A stretch of 64,000 bases of DNA from Syntrophorhabdaceae bacterium (GCA_963665295.1 OY762209.1:4992001-5056000), one strand, 5' to 3'; positions 21,040-30,670 are shown, numbered from the stretch's first letter. A program made the numbers and translations. The notes: generated by a model from the sequence alone, not told the origin.

Positions 21040-21987
21040 TTATGGGACGTCAAATTTTCCGATCACTCTTTCCGCGGCAGTATAGGGATCGATGCGCCCC
21101 TCCTCCATGTCGGCGGCGGCCGCGTCGAGCAGCCCTTCCTTCTCCGCCCCGGCAAGAAAACGCTTCCAGAGCAATTCCCTCAAAAGGGAACGCATGACCG
21201 CGTTTTTTCCTTCCCTTCGTCTCTCCTGCTTCTTTCCATCCTTTTCAAGGTAGTCCCAATGAGCCTCCAGGGCGGACACCACGTCCGGAACCCCTTCCCC
21301 CTTGAGGGCATGGGTGAGGAGCACCGGTATGTTCCAACCTTCCGGATCATGGGCGCTCAACTCGTTCACCGCGGCCATGGCGTCAAAGGCCATCTCTTCC
21401 GCGCCGGTCTTATCCCTCTTGTTGATTACCACTATATCGCCCACTTCCACTATCCCCGCCTTCAAAAGCTGGATCTCGTCCCCATAGTCCGGGGTCAGCA
21501 CGCATATCATGGTATCCGAGAAAGAGGCGATGCCCATTTCGGTCTGACCTACGCCCACGCTTTCCACGATAATCACGTCCTTGCCCAGGGCTTCCACCAC
21601 GTAGACCGCACCGGGCGTGGCCCGCGACACGCCGCCGGGGTAGCCCCTGTGGGCCATGGAGCGGATAAATATCCCTTTTACCTTGTCCGCTTCCTTCATC
21701 CTTACCCGGTCGCCGAGAAAAGCGCCTTTCCCTTTCATGCTTGTGGGATCGACTGCGATGATCCCCACATTTCTCCCCGCACCTGTGAGAGCCAGGGTGA
21801 TCTTGTTGATCAGCGTGCTCTTCCCCGTGCCGGGAGACCCCGTAACGCCTATCACGTGGGCCTTTCCCACGTGGGGGTAAAGCTCGCGCAGGGCTTCATA
21901 CCCGACCGCGTCGCCGTCCTCGATCATGGTGATAAGGCGGGCGGCGCTTCTCTCGTTCCCTGCGAGTATCTTTGCGACAAGTTCCAT
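21040..21987 (-). CDS. meaB: Mutase-associated GTPase chaperone MeaB/ArgK
   Basis: GVTGSPGTGKST, AVDPTS, LGDRVRM, ESVGVGQ, NKRD; adjacent to the mutase genes. Confidence 0.9.
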   Translation of the reverse strand: MELVAKILAGNERSAARLITMIEDGDAVGYEALRELYPHVGKAHVIGVTGSPGTGKSTLINKITLALTGAGRNVGIIAVDPTSMKGKGAFLGDRVRMKEADKVKGIFIRSMAHRGYPGGVSRATPGAVYVVEALGKDVIIVESVGVGQTEMGIASFSDTMICVLTPDYGDEIQLLKAGIVEVGDIVVINKRDKTGAEEMAFDAMAAVNELSAHDPEGWNIPVLLTHALKGEGVPDVVSALEAHWDYLEKDGKKQERRREGKNAVMRSLLRELLWKRFLAGAEKEGLLDAAAADMEEGRIDPYTAAERVIGKFDVP

Positions 21988-23177
21988 CAGATGACTTTGT
22001 CATCCTTTAATTTCTTCAGTCTTTCCTCGTCGTATCCGAGGATTTTGCCGTATATTTCCTGGTTGTGTTCCCCGAATCTCGGGGGGAAGGTCATTTTTCC
22101 GCCGCACTCTTTGAGATAGGGCGTCATGAAGGGGGGCGGCGCCATCCATATCTTCGTGCCTGTCTTCGGATCGACGCTTTCGAGAATGCCTTCTTTCACG
22201 TAGGAGTCCTCCAGCATATCCTCGATGGTGTTCACCTTGGAGATGGCAATGGTGGCCTTATTACAGAGACTTATCATCTCATCCGTGGTCCTGGTCCGCA
22301 TTATCTCGTTGATTTTGTTGTTCAGGTTTTTCACGTCCCTGATGCGGCCCGCGTTCTTTTCGTATTCAGGCTTCGCCAGGGATTCGAATCCGGGCAGTTG
22401 CGCAAAGGATGCCCACTGCCTGTCGTTTCCCACCGCGATGTAGACAAATCCGTCCTTTGTCCCGTAAACCGAAACAGGGGCGAAGAACTCATGCGTATTC
22501 CCTCTCCTCGTGATCCTGTTACCGAAGGACTTCGTGAGGGTTATGGCCACGGTGAGCCATGAGGTGGTGGACATGAACATGGAAAGGTCGATCCTTTCCC
22601 CAACGCCGGTCATAGCCTTCTTATAAAGGGCTTTCATGACGAGCCCGTACGCATGCTCGCTTGTGCCCATATCAGGCAAGGGAATGCCCAATACCTCCGG
22701 GCTCCCGTCCGCCTCTCCCGTAAGCTCCATGAGACCGCTCCGGGCCTGAAGTATGGGGTCGTAGGCGGCTTCGTTGCTGTCAGGGCCGAAGCCGGTGAGG
22801 CCCACCCAGATAATGTCCTCCTTGATCGATTTCAGGGTGTCGTAATCTATGCCCAGTTTCTCGTAATTCCTGGGCAACTGGTTTGTGGCGAAGATATCGA
22901 CGTTCAGTTTGGTGATGAGGTCCCTGAGGATCTCCTTTCCCCCCGGCGCGGCAAGATCGAGGGAAAGGGCTTTCTTCCCCGCGTTTATGGCCATAAAATA
23001 GGTGTTCATCCGCTCTTCGCCGAGTTTGTTGTCTCCTATCATCCGGTTGGGGTCTCCGTAGACAGGGTGTTCCAGTCGGATCACGTTGACGCCGTCCATT
23101 GCGAGCCGGTAGCTCAGATAGGGAAGCACGGTTGCCTGTTCCAGGGATAAGACGGTGATATTCCTAAAAATATTCAT
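21987..23177 (-). CDS. Family III (CaiB/BaiF) CoA transferase
   Basis: GDPNR, INAGKKALSLDL, GFGPD, AYDPILQARSG, PDMG (catalytic Asp position). Confidence 0.9.
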   Translation of the reverse strand: MNIFRNITVLSLEQATVLPYLSYRLAMDGVNVIRLEHPVYGDPNRMIGDNKLGEERMNTYFMAINAGKKALSLDLAAPGGKEILRDLITKLNVDIFATNQLPRNYEKLGIDYDTLKSIKEDIIWVGLTGFGPDSNEAAYDPILQARSGLMELTGEADGSPEVLGIPLPDMGTSEHAYGLVMKALYKKAMTGVGERIDLSMFMSTTSWLTVAITLTKSFGNRITRRGNTHEFFAPVSVYGTKDGFVYIAVGNDRQWASFAQLPGFESLAKPEYEKNAGRIRDVKNLNNKINEIMRTRTTDEMISLCNKATIAISKVNTIEDMLEDSYVKEGILESVDPKTGTKIWMAPPPFMTPYLKECGGKMTFPPRFGEHNQEIYGKILGYDEERLKKLKDDKVI

Positions 23178-23244
23178 GAGACCTCCTTAGAACGGATTAA
23201 CTGAATTGCTTTCTCCGAAATCAGAAAAAAACCTTCTTTTTTAT

Positions 23245-23273
23245 TTGACACCCTGTTATATTTGATATAACAT
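23245..23273 (+). promoter_or_regulatory. sigma70 promoter for the hcr-like operon
   Basis: TTGACA (23245-50), 17 nt spacer, TAACAT (23268-73). Confidence 0.7.
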
Positions 23274-23285
23274 TATTTTCATGTC

Positions 23286-23306
23286 TACGGTATACAGTAT
23301 TCAATA
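23286..23306. promoter_or_regulatory. Candidate GntR operator
   Basis: TACGGTATACAGTATTCAATA with a GTATAC core between two facing promoters; similar box at 57972-57990. Confidence 0.6.
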
Positions 23307-23313
23307 TGACGTA

Positions 23314-23342
23314 AGTATAGGAAATGGGCGTTTTATTGTCAA
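23314..23342 (-). promoter_or_regulatory. sigma70 promoter for the leftward CoA-transferase/mutase operon
   Basis: Minus strand TTGACA (23342-37), 17 nt spacer, TATACT (23319-14). Confidence 0.75.
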
Positions 23343-23390
23343 GCAATTTTGTTTTAAAGATGTTTTTTCCGGATATTAAAGGAGAATTTA

Positions 23391-24392
23391 ATGAGATTAC
23401 CGCCTTTCGACGTATTTGAGCCACGAACCATGAAGGATGCCCTCTCGATCATGCACGACCATGCAGGGGTCCTCAAAGTCATCGGCGGGGGGACTGAACT
23501 GGTGGGGCTGATGAAATTGAGGCTTGTCGTCCCTCAGTATGTCCTGAGCACCCGCAAGCTCGGGGCCTTGCGAGGGATCGAGGAAAAGAAGAATGAGGTC
23601 GTCATAGGCGCGGGCACCTCTTTGGCCGAGATAATGGAGTCGCCTGTTCTCGCCGGCAGGTTCCAGGCGGTGGTTGATGCCGCTTCCATGGTGGCCGCCT
23701 ATCCGATCCGGACCAGGGCGACCATTGGGGGAAATATCCTCCAGAATACGCGGTGTCTCTATTATAACCTGTCTGAGATTCCCCGGAAGGGGCTTCCCGC
23801 CTGCTTCAAGGCAGGGGGAAACGTCTGCAACGCGGTAAAAGGGTCGAAACGCTGTTTCAGCGTCTACCAGGGCGACATGGCCCCCGCTCTCATGAGCTTC
23901 GACGCAAGAATCCACCTGAAAAGATACAACGGCTCGCGGAAGGTTCCCCTCGCGCAACTCTATACAGGAGATGGGAAGAACCCCGTGGCCATCGGGCTCG
24001 ACGAGCTTCTCACCCACATCTCCATCCCCATGCCTGCCGGGGTTTACGGCTCTTCTTTCCAGAAGATACGGCTCCGGAAGGCCCTCGACTATCCTCTCGC
24101 CTCGGCAGCGGCATTCGTGTCGGTGAAGGCGGGCAACAAGGTCGATGAGGTGCGGGTGGTACTGGGGGCGGCCGGCTCGGGACCGAAACTGCTCGACACC
24201 ACGACAGGGTTTAAAGGTAAGGTCCTGGCAGAAAAGCAGATGGCCGAGATATCCGAAAAGGCCCTGAAGGCAGCCGAGATGACGGACAACACCGCGCTCC
24301 CCGGCTCCTACAGGCGGAAGATTATAAAGGTTGTCGCCGCAAGGGCGCTTCGCGATGCGCTTAGCCGCATCGAAAGGTCAGGTAAATCATGA
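23391..24392 (+). CDS. 4-hydroxybenzoyl-CoA reductase beta-like FAD/[4Fe-4S] subunit
   Basis: GGGTE, ATIGGN followed by a C-x15-C-x7-C-x8-C insertion, the HcrB-type spacing as I recall it. Confidence 0.85.
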   Translation: MRLPPFDVFEPRTMKDALSIMHDHAGVLKVIGGGTELVGLMKLRLVVPQYVLSTRKLGALRGIEEKKNEVVIGAGTSLAEIMESPVLAGRFQAVVDAASMVAAYPIRTRATIGGNILQNTRCLYYNLSEIPRKGLPACFKAGGNVCNAVKGSKRCFSVYQGDMAPALMSFDARIHLKRYNGSRKVPLAQLYTGDGKNPVAIGLDELLTHISIPMPAGVYGSSFQKIRLRKALDYPLASAAAFVSVKAGNKVDEVRVVLGAAGSGPKLLDTTTGFKGKVLAEKQMAEISEKALKAAEMTDNTALPGSYRRKIIKVVAARALRDALSRIERSGKS

Positions 24393-24868
24393 AAGAAACC
24401 ACAAAACGTGCCTTCACGCTGAAGGTCAATGGAGAGACTCACCATATAGAGACATACCCGAACCGCACCCTCCTTGAAGTGCTGAGAGAGGAGTTGAGCC
24501 TCACAGGGGCGAAGGAAGGCTGCGGCGAGGGCGCCTGTGGTTCCTGCACGGTCCTTCTCGACGGGCGGCCCGTACGGTCCTGTCTTCTTCTCGCAGTGGA
24601 AGCTCAGGACGGGGAGATCACCACCATCGAGGGTCTCGCGGATGGGCGCAACCTCCACCCACTCCAGGAAGCGTTTGTCGAGCACCATGCCATACAGTGC
24701 GGATTCTGCGCCTCCGGCATGATCCTCACCGCAAAGGCGTTCCTCGACAGCAATCCCCACCCCACCGAGGATCAGATCAAACTCGCCCTTTCAGGGAATG
24801 TCTGCCGCTGCACCGGGTATACGAAGATCATCGAAGCGGTAAAATCGGTCGCGGAGAGCAGGGGGTGA
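24389..24868 (+). CDS. XDH family 2x[2Fe-2S] subunit (HcrC-like)
   Basis: GCGEGACGSC, QCGFC, NVCRCTGY. Confidence 0.95.
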   Translation: MKETTKRAFTLKVNGETHHIETYPNRTLLEVLREELSLTGAKEGCGEGACGSCTVLLDGRPVRSCLLLAVEAQDGEITTIEGLADGRNLHPLQEAFVEHHAIQCGFCASGMILTAKAFLDSNPHPTEDQIKLALSGNVCRCTGYTKIIEAVKSVAESRG

Positions 24869-24873
24869 CGGCG

Positions 24874-27156
24874 ATGGAAGAATATACAAGTGTTGGGAAA
24901 AGCAGCAAGAGGGTCGATACGACAGCGAAGGCGACGGGCGAAGTCCTCTTCACCGCGGACCTTTCCCTGCCGAGAATGCTCATAGGCAAGGTATTGAGGT
25001 CGCCCCATCCCCATGCAAGGATACTTCACATAGACACGTCGAAAGCCAAAAAGCTTCCGGGCGTAAAAGCGGTGGTCACCGGAGCCGACACCTTTGGGGA
25101 GAAATGGGGCGTATTCCGGTACACCCAGGACCAGATATTCATGCCCTCCGAACGGGTTCGGTACGTGGGCGAAGAGATCGCCGCCGTTGCAGCCGTTGAC
25201 GAGGATACGGCACTGGCCGCCCTCGACCTCATCAGCGTGGAATATGAAATGCTGCCCGCCGTCTTCACCCTCGAAGAGGCCATGGCCCCGGGCGCTCCCC
25301 TCATCCACGAGGATAAGCCGGGAAATATCAACATTCATGTCAATATCGATGTGGGCGACATCGAAAAAGGATTCAGGGAATCATACCTGATTATGGAGGA
25401 TACCTTCAGCGCCCCCGAAGATTCCTATTTCCAGTCGGAGCCTTATGCGGTGGTGGCCCAGTTCGACCACTCGGGCAGCCTCGAAATATGGATGCCCAAT
25501 GCGGGCCCCCATCTCAAGGCAAAACCCCTCTCGAACTGTCTCCATATGCCCCTCAGCAAGGTGCGGGTAAGAAAGATCGCGATCGGCGGCCATTTCGGCG
25601 GCCGTTCCGAAATCTCCCCTGCCGACATGGTGTGTGCCCTCCTCGCCAAGAAGGCGAAGCGGCCCGTCAAGATTGTCTATACCAGGGAAGAAAATTCCAT
25701 CTGCACCCGCCAGGGCCACGCAATGGTCGCCACCATCAAGACCGGCGTCGATAAAGACGGGAAGGTCCTTGCAAGAGATATTACCTCGTACCTCGACGGC
25801 GGCGCCTACTCGAGCACGGGCCCCATAGCGGTGAGCGTGCCCTTTCTCTGCATGGAGCAGGCCTATCGCATGGACAACGTGCGCTTCAACGGTTACAGGG
25901 TGTTCACAAACAAACCCATACGGGGCATGATAAGGATCCATGGAAGGGCTTTCGGCACCGGCGTAGACCTCCAACTCGACATGATCGGCGAAAAACTCGG
26001 TATCGATCCCATCGAAATGCGCCTGCGCAACGCGCGTCAGGCGGGTGACTACACACCCACAAAGTCCTTTGTCGCAAGCTGCGGCCTGACGGAGACAATC
26101 CTTGAGACCGCGGAGCATTCTCATTTTAAGGAAAGATTCAAACACCTGCCGCCCTTCCACGGCATCGGAATAGGCGTAAATTCCGTGCAGACGGGGTTCC
26201 CCATGGGCATCAGGGGAGGGTCCCAGGCGTTTATCAAGTTTACCGAGGACGGGACCGTCACTGTCATATCCGGCGTAGTCGACAATGGCCAGGGCAACGA
26301 TAATATGCTCTCCCAGATTACCTCGGAAGAATTGGGCTTGAGACCTGACGACATTCAACTCATTACGGCCGATACGGAAGTCACACCCACCGACCCCGGA
26401 TCCTACTCCATGTGCGAGACCTTCATCGGAGGAAACGCGGTGAGGCTTGCGGCAATAGACGCGAAAAGGCAACTCTTCGAGGTCGCCGCGCCCCTGCTCA
26501 AGGCAGGCGTTGATGAACTCCAGGCAAAAGACAACAAGATCATGGTCAAGGGTGCTCCGGAGCGGAGCATGTCCATAGGCAAAGTGGTAAGGACGGCCCT
26601 CAGCCGCGGTCAGTCCATCAGCGGACAGGGGGCATACTGGCCGAAGGTCGACCCCAAGAGGGAGTGGGTCGAGAACCCCTTCGGACAGCTTTGCGAAGCT
26701 TTCTCCTTCGGGGCCACCATCGCCGAAGTGAAGGTCGATCCCGAGACGGGGCTTGTGGAGGTAGTGGAAATATGGGCGGCCCAGGACGTGGGATTCACCA
26801 TCAACCCCAAGGCCGTGGAGGGACAATTCCAGGGAGGCATCGCCATGGGCGGTCAGGGAGGGATGCTCACCGAGTATCATCTCTGGAACCAGGGACGGGT
26901 GCTCAACCCCTCGCAACTCGAATACAAGGTCCCCCTCGCAGCGGACATGCCCAAGATCAACACCTACATTATCGAGACCATAGACCCGAACGGCCCTTAC
27001 GGAGCCAAGGAATCAGGGATGTCCGTATCCATGTCGGCGGCCCAGGCATACTGCGGCGCTATCTGCAATGCCATAGGAGTCTATATAAAGGAATACCCAA
27101 TAACCCCGGACAAGATACTCAAGGCACTGGAAGAAAAGAATAAGAGGGGAAAATGA
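24874..27156 (+). CDS. XDH family Mo-binding subunit, HcrA-like with divergent active site
   Basis: RSPHPHA, GGHFGGR, MIRIHG, DNGQG, GPYGAKESGM. Confidence 0.85.
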   Translation: MEEYTSVGKSSKRVDTTAKATGEVLFTADLSLPRMLIGKVLRSPHPHARILHIDTSKAKKLPGVKAVVTGADTFGEKWGVFRYTQDQIFMPSERVRYVGEEIAAVAAVDEDTALAALDLISVEYEMLPAVFTLEEAMAPGAPLIHEDKPGNINIHVNIDVGDIEKGFRESYLIMEDTFSAPEDSYFQSEPYAVVAQFDHSGSLEIWMPNAGPHLKAKPLSNCLHMPLSKVRVRKIAIGGHFGGRSEISPADMVCALLAKKAKRPVKIVYTREENSICTRQGHAMVATIKTGVDKDGKVLARDITSYLDGGAYSSTGPIAVSVPFLCMEQAYRMDNVRFNGYRVFTNKPIRGMIRIHGRAFGTGVDLQLDMIGEKLGIDPIEMRLRNARQAGDYTPTKSFVASCGLTETILETAEHSHFKERFKHLPPFHGIGIGVNSVQTGFPMGIRGGSQAFIKFTEDGTVTVISGVVDNGQGNDNMLSQITSEELGLRPDDIQLITADTEVTPTDPGSYSMCETFIGGNAVRLAAIDAKRQLFEVAAPLLKAGVDELQAKDNKIMVKGAPERSMSIGKVVRTALSRGQSISGQGAYWPKVDPKREWVENPFGQLCEAFSFGATIAEVKVDPETGLVEVVEIWAAQDVGFTINPKAVEGQFQGGIAMGGQGGMLTEYHLWNQGRVLNPSQLEYKVPLAADMPKINTYIIETIDPNGPYGAKESGMSVSMSAAQAYCGAICNAIGVYIKEYPITPDKILKALEEKNKRGK

Positions 27157-27292
27157 TGGGATCAGCAAGAATCTGAACGCGGGAACCATATTGTATCAAG
27201 GCTGATACATACCCGGAATATTCACATTGCGGCACGACCCGGAAGGCGGTTCGCGGCGTCCCGCGCCACAAAGAGCCAGAGAGGGGGCCTCG

Positions 27293-27625
27293 ATGAAGAT
27301 CGGAAAGAGCGATGATCTTCCTTATATGGTCCGCGGTCTGGAAGAGGCGATGAAAGCCTGTCATAAGGACCCGGGACTCACCCCCGGCAGGGAGGCAGGG
27401 AAGTCTGCTGCCGCAAGGGGCGAAGGGCTCTTTCCCATCTCCTGCAAGGCAGACAGAGCCGGCAAAGTACTGAAAGGATTAAGAGACAAAGGGGTTCAAC
27501 TCAACGACGAGAAACCACGTCATCTATTCGGCAACAGTTATGCGTTCATCCGTCACCCGGCAAAGCCCTTCGGGGCACTGACGAAGGTGCCGGACGGCGA
27601 ATTCGGCGTCAGCGAAGCATCGTGA
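27293..27625 (+). pseudogene. Decayed VOC/methylmalonyl-CoA epimerase-like gene
   Basis: MKIGK..VRGLEEA and RGEGL...LRDKGVQLNDEKPR...YAFIRHP resemble the epimerase ends; middle missing and metal ligands lost. Confidence 0.55.
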
Positions 27626-27755
27626 TAATGAAAAAATAACTGGTGCATTTTTTCGGAAAAACTTACAATTGATTTGGTATACAATTCGACTCTTTTTAAA
27701 AGGGGGTGAGATTAAGCAGTACACCAATAATCTTATACCGAAAAGGGGGCTTACC

Positions 27756-28787
27756 ATGATCAAGAAGATAGGGTTCGCAGTCGTTATTCTCGCATTCTTT
27801 GCCGTCACATTTCTGGTCTCTCCTCCCCAGGCGGCAAGCCAGAGCGTAATCACCCTGAAATACGCCAACTTTCCGCCTGCCACCACGTTTCCGTGCGTCC
27901 AGATGGAGAGGTGGGCAAAAGAGGTGGAAAAGAGGACGGCGGGCAAGGTGAAGGTACAGACCTTCCCCGGAGGCACACTGCTCCCTGCCAAGAATATCTT
28001 TGACGGAGTCCTCACCGGCATGGCGGACATCGGGAACTTTGCCATGAGCTACCAGCCGGGCCGTTTCCCGGTCTCCGAGGCAATAGACCTGCCCATGGGC
28101 TTCAACAGCGCCCGGGCCGCGAGCCTTGCCCTTTTCGACCTTGTAGAGAAGTACCAGCCCAAGGAATTTGAAAAGGTAAAGATCCTCACCCTTTTCACCT
28201 GCCCTCCCGCGGACATCATGTCAAGCAAACCTGTGAAGTCCCTGAAGGACCTCAAAGGCATGGAGCTTCGCGTGTCGGGTACGGGTTCGGATGTGATAAA
28301 GCGTCTGGGCGGCATCCCCGTTGCCATGCCGCAGTCCGAGACACCCGAGGCCATCCAGAAGGGCGTAGTGAAGGGCATCGTCTCCTCCACGGAAATCCTC
28401 AAGGATTTCAACTTCGCCGCATACTGCCCCTACGTCACGGAATCAAACCTTTTTGTGGTCTCCTTTGCGGTGGTCATGAACAAGGACAAGTGGAATTCCC
28501 TCCCCGCCGATGTAAAGAAGGTGCTTGACGACCTGAGAAGAGAGCAAGCCGAATGGACGGGAAAATATGTGGACGACCATGTGAAAGAGGCAATCACCTG
28601 GTCGAAGCAGAAGTATAACCTCCAGATGATATCATTGCCTGCCGCAGAAAAGGCGGAAATACCCAAGCTCCTCAAGCCTATGATCGACGATTACCTGAAG
28701 AGAGTGAACGCTCAGGGCCTGCCGGGAGACAAGATCGTGAGAGATGTCTATCTCTTGAAAGCCAAATACGAGCAGCCGTCTAAATAA
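27756..28787 (+). CDS. TRAP transporter substrate-binding protein DctP
   Basis: Signal peptide, FPGGTL, LKDLKGMELRV, AIQKGVVKG, MNKDKWNSLP. Confidence 0.92.
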   Translation: MIKKIGFAVVILAFFAVTFLVSPPQAASQSVITLKYANFPPATTFPCVQMERWAKEVEKRTAGKVKVQTFPGGTLLPAKNIFDGVLTGMADIGNFAMSYQPGRFPVSEAIDLPMGFNSARAASLALFDLVEKYQPKEFEKVKILTLFTCPPADIMSSKPVKSLKDLKGMELRVSGTGSDVIKRLGGIPVAMPQSETPEAIQKGVVKGIVSSTEILKDFNFAAYCPYVTESNLFVVSFAVVMNKDKWNSLPADVKKVLDDLRREQAEWTGKYVDDHVKEAITWSKQKYNLQMISLPAAEKAEIPKLLKPMIDDYLKRVNAQGLPGDKIVRDVYLLKAKYEQPSK

Positions 28788-28851
28788 CCGGGGCGGGTAA
28801 AGGGACGTCCCCCGGGGCGTCTTTTACCCGCATTCGCACGCGGAGGCAACA

Positions 28852-29337
28852 ATGAATTATCTCGACAAGTTCAATGTTTTCCTGAACAAGATCCTCATGA
28901 TCTTGGGGGGCATGGCGGTGCTCGGGCTCATGTCCCTCGCCACGGGCAACGTGGTCCTCAGAATCTTTCACATGCCATACCGGGGGGCCTACGAACTCGT
29001 TTCCTTTATGGGGGCGATAGTCATCGCCTTTGCTCTCGGCTACACACAGAAGAGGAAGGACCACATTGTCGTTGACATCCTTACAGAGAAGTTCCCGAAA
29101 AAGCTTAACCGCGTCCTCGACGCAATCAACTATTTCGTCACTCTCATATTCTTCTCCATTATCACGTGGCAGATCTTTGTGTGGGGCATGAAGATATGGG
29201 AGGCGAACGAGGTGTCGGAGACCCTGAAGGTCATTTACTACCCCTTCGTGTTTTGCGTTTCCGCGGGGTTCGGGGTGTTATCTCTCACACTCCTGGTCGA
29301 TCTGCTGAAAACATTCCGGAAAAAAGAGGAGAAATAG
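28852..29337 (+). CDS. TRAP small permease DctQ
   Basis: Four TM segments, HIVVDIL; lies between dctP and dctM. Confidence 0.9.
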   Translation: MNYLDKFNVFLNKILMILGGMAVLGLMSLATGNVVLRIFHMPYRGAYELVSFMGAIVIAFALGYTQKRKDHIVVDILTEKFPKKLNRVLDAINYFVTLIFFSIITWQIFVWGMKIWEANEVSETLKVIYYPFVFCVSAGFGVLSLTLLVDLLKTFRKKEEK

Positions 29338-29339
29338 CA

Positions 29340-30647
29340 ATGGACGGACCTATTGTCGGAATATACGGAATCATCGTAATGTTCGCTATCCTGTTCCTGT
29401 TCAAGATACCGGCCGGCTTTACCATGGCCCTGGTAGGCTTCCTTGGGGTCATCTACGTGACGTCCCTCAAAGCGGCCCTCGGTATGATCGGCACGGAACT
29501 CTGGAACATCTTTTCAAGCTACGGCCTCACCGTGATTCCCATGTTCATCCTGGTGGGAGAGTTCGCCCACTACGGCGGTTACAACAACAGCCTCTACAAG
29601 GCCACCTATAAATGGTTCGGCCATTACAAGGGAGGTCTTGCGATAACCACCATCATGGCATGCGCCATCTTCTCCGCCATCAGCGGTTCCAACACGGCGA
29701 CGGCAGCCACCATGAGTACCGTGGCCATACCGGAAATGAAGAAATATAATTACCATCCCCAGTTGAGCGCCGGATCGGTCGCGGCGGGAGCCACCCTGGG
29801 AGTCCTCATACCTCCGAGCATCGTCCTCGTGGTTTATGGGCTCTACACAGGCCAGTCGATCGGCAAGCTCTTCTTCGGAAACGTAATACCGAGCGCCATA
29901 CTGACCATACTCATCGCCGCCACCGTCATTTACATATGCTGGCGAAATCCCACGTGGGGACCGAAGGGACCGAGAAGCACCTGGCTCGAAAGACTGAAAG
30001 CCCTTCCGGACCTCATCGATATCATGATCCTCTTCGTCATCATCATGTACGCCCTTTTTACCGGCGTGGTAACGGCCACGGAGGCCGCGGCGGCAAGTTG
30101 CGCCATAGCGCTGATCCTCTGTCTCGTACGGAAGAAAATAACATGGCAAGGCTTCATTGCTTCCATTGTCGATACACTCCGTATCTCCTGCCTCGTCTTC
30201 ATGATCGTCGCGGGAGCGGTTATTTTCGGAAGATTCCTCGCGGTTACGAGGCTGCCCTATGAAGCCGCCTCCATCATATCGAGTCTTGCCCTCCCCAACT
30301 GGGTGCTCTTCTGGATCATCATACTCTGTTACATCATAGGCGGCTGCGTCATGGACGCCCTCGCCTTCCTTCTCGTCTCCCTGCCCATCTTCTATCCCAT
30401 CGTCATGCAGATGGGGTATGACCCGATCTGGTTCGGCCAGGTTATCTGCATAGTGACCACCATGGGATCGATTATGCCGCCCATTGGAATATGCTGCTAC
30501 GTGGTTGCGGGGATGGCGAAGGAGATCCCCCTGGGCACGGTATTCAGAGGGAGTCTTTACTACATACCTTCCTACATCGTATCCATCATACTCCTCATGC
30601 TCTTCCCCTACTCGACGGTCCTGGTGCTTTCCAATATTGTGCGGTAG
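29340..30647 (+). CDS. TRAP large permease DctM
   Basis: IPMFIL, AISGS, LIPPSI, ATEAA, DPIWFG, PPIG. Confidence 0.92.
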   Translation: MDGPIVGIYGIIVMFAILFLFKIPAGFTMALVGFLGVIYVTSLKAALGMIGTELWNIFSSYGLTVIPMFILVGEFAHYGGYNNSLYKATYKWFGHYKGGLAITTIMACAIFSAISGSNTATAATMSTVAIPEMKKYNYHPQLSAGSVAAGATLGVLIPPSIVLVVYGLYTGQSIGKLFFGNVIPSAILTILIAATVIYICWRNPTWGPKGPRSTWLERLKALPDLIDIMILFVIIMYALFTGVVTATEAAAASCAIALILCLVRKKITWQGFIASIVDTLRISCLVFMIVAGAVIFGRFLAVTRLPYEAASIISSLALPNWVLFWIIILCYIIGGCVMDALAFLLVSLPIFYPIVMQMGYDPIWFGQVICIVTTMGSIMPPIGICCYVVAGMAKEIPLGTVFRGSLYYIPSYIVSIILLMLFPYSTVLVLSNIVR

Positions 30648-30670
30648 GGACAACAGGACAAATAATGAAG

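Noticed and set aside
19840..22119. 759-aa plus-strand ORF (and similar long antisense ORFs, e.g. 25381-26916, 55446-56819, 56762-58015)
   Set aside because: Shadow frames opposite well-supported genes in GC-rich DNA; no recognisable motifs.
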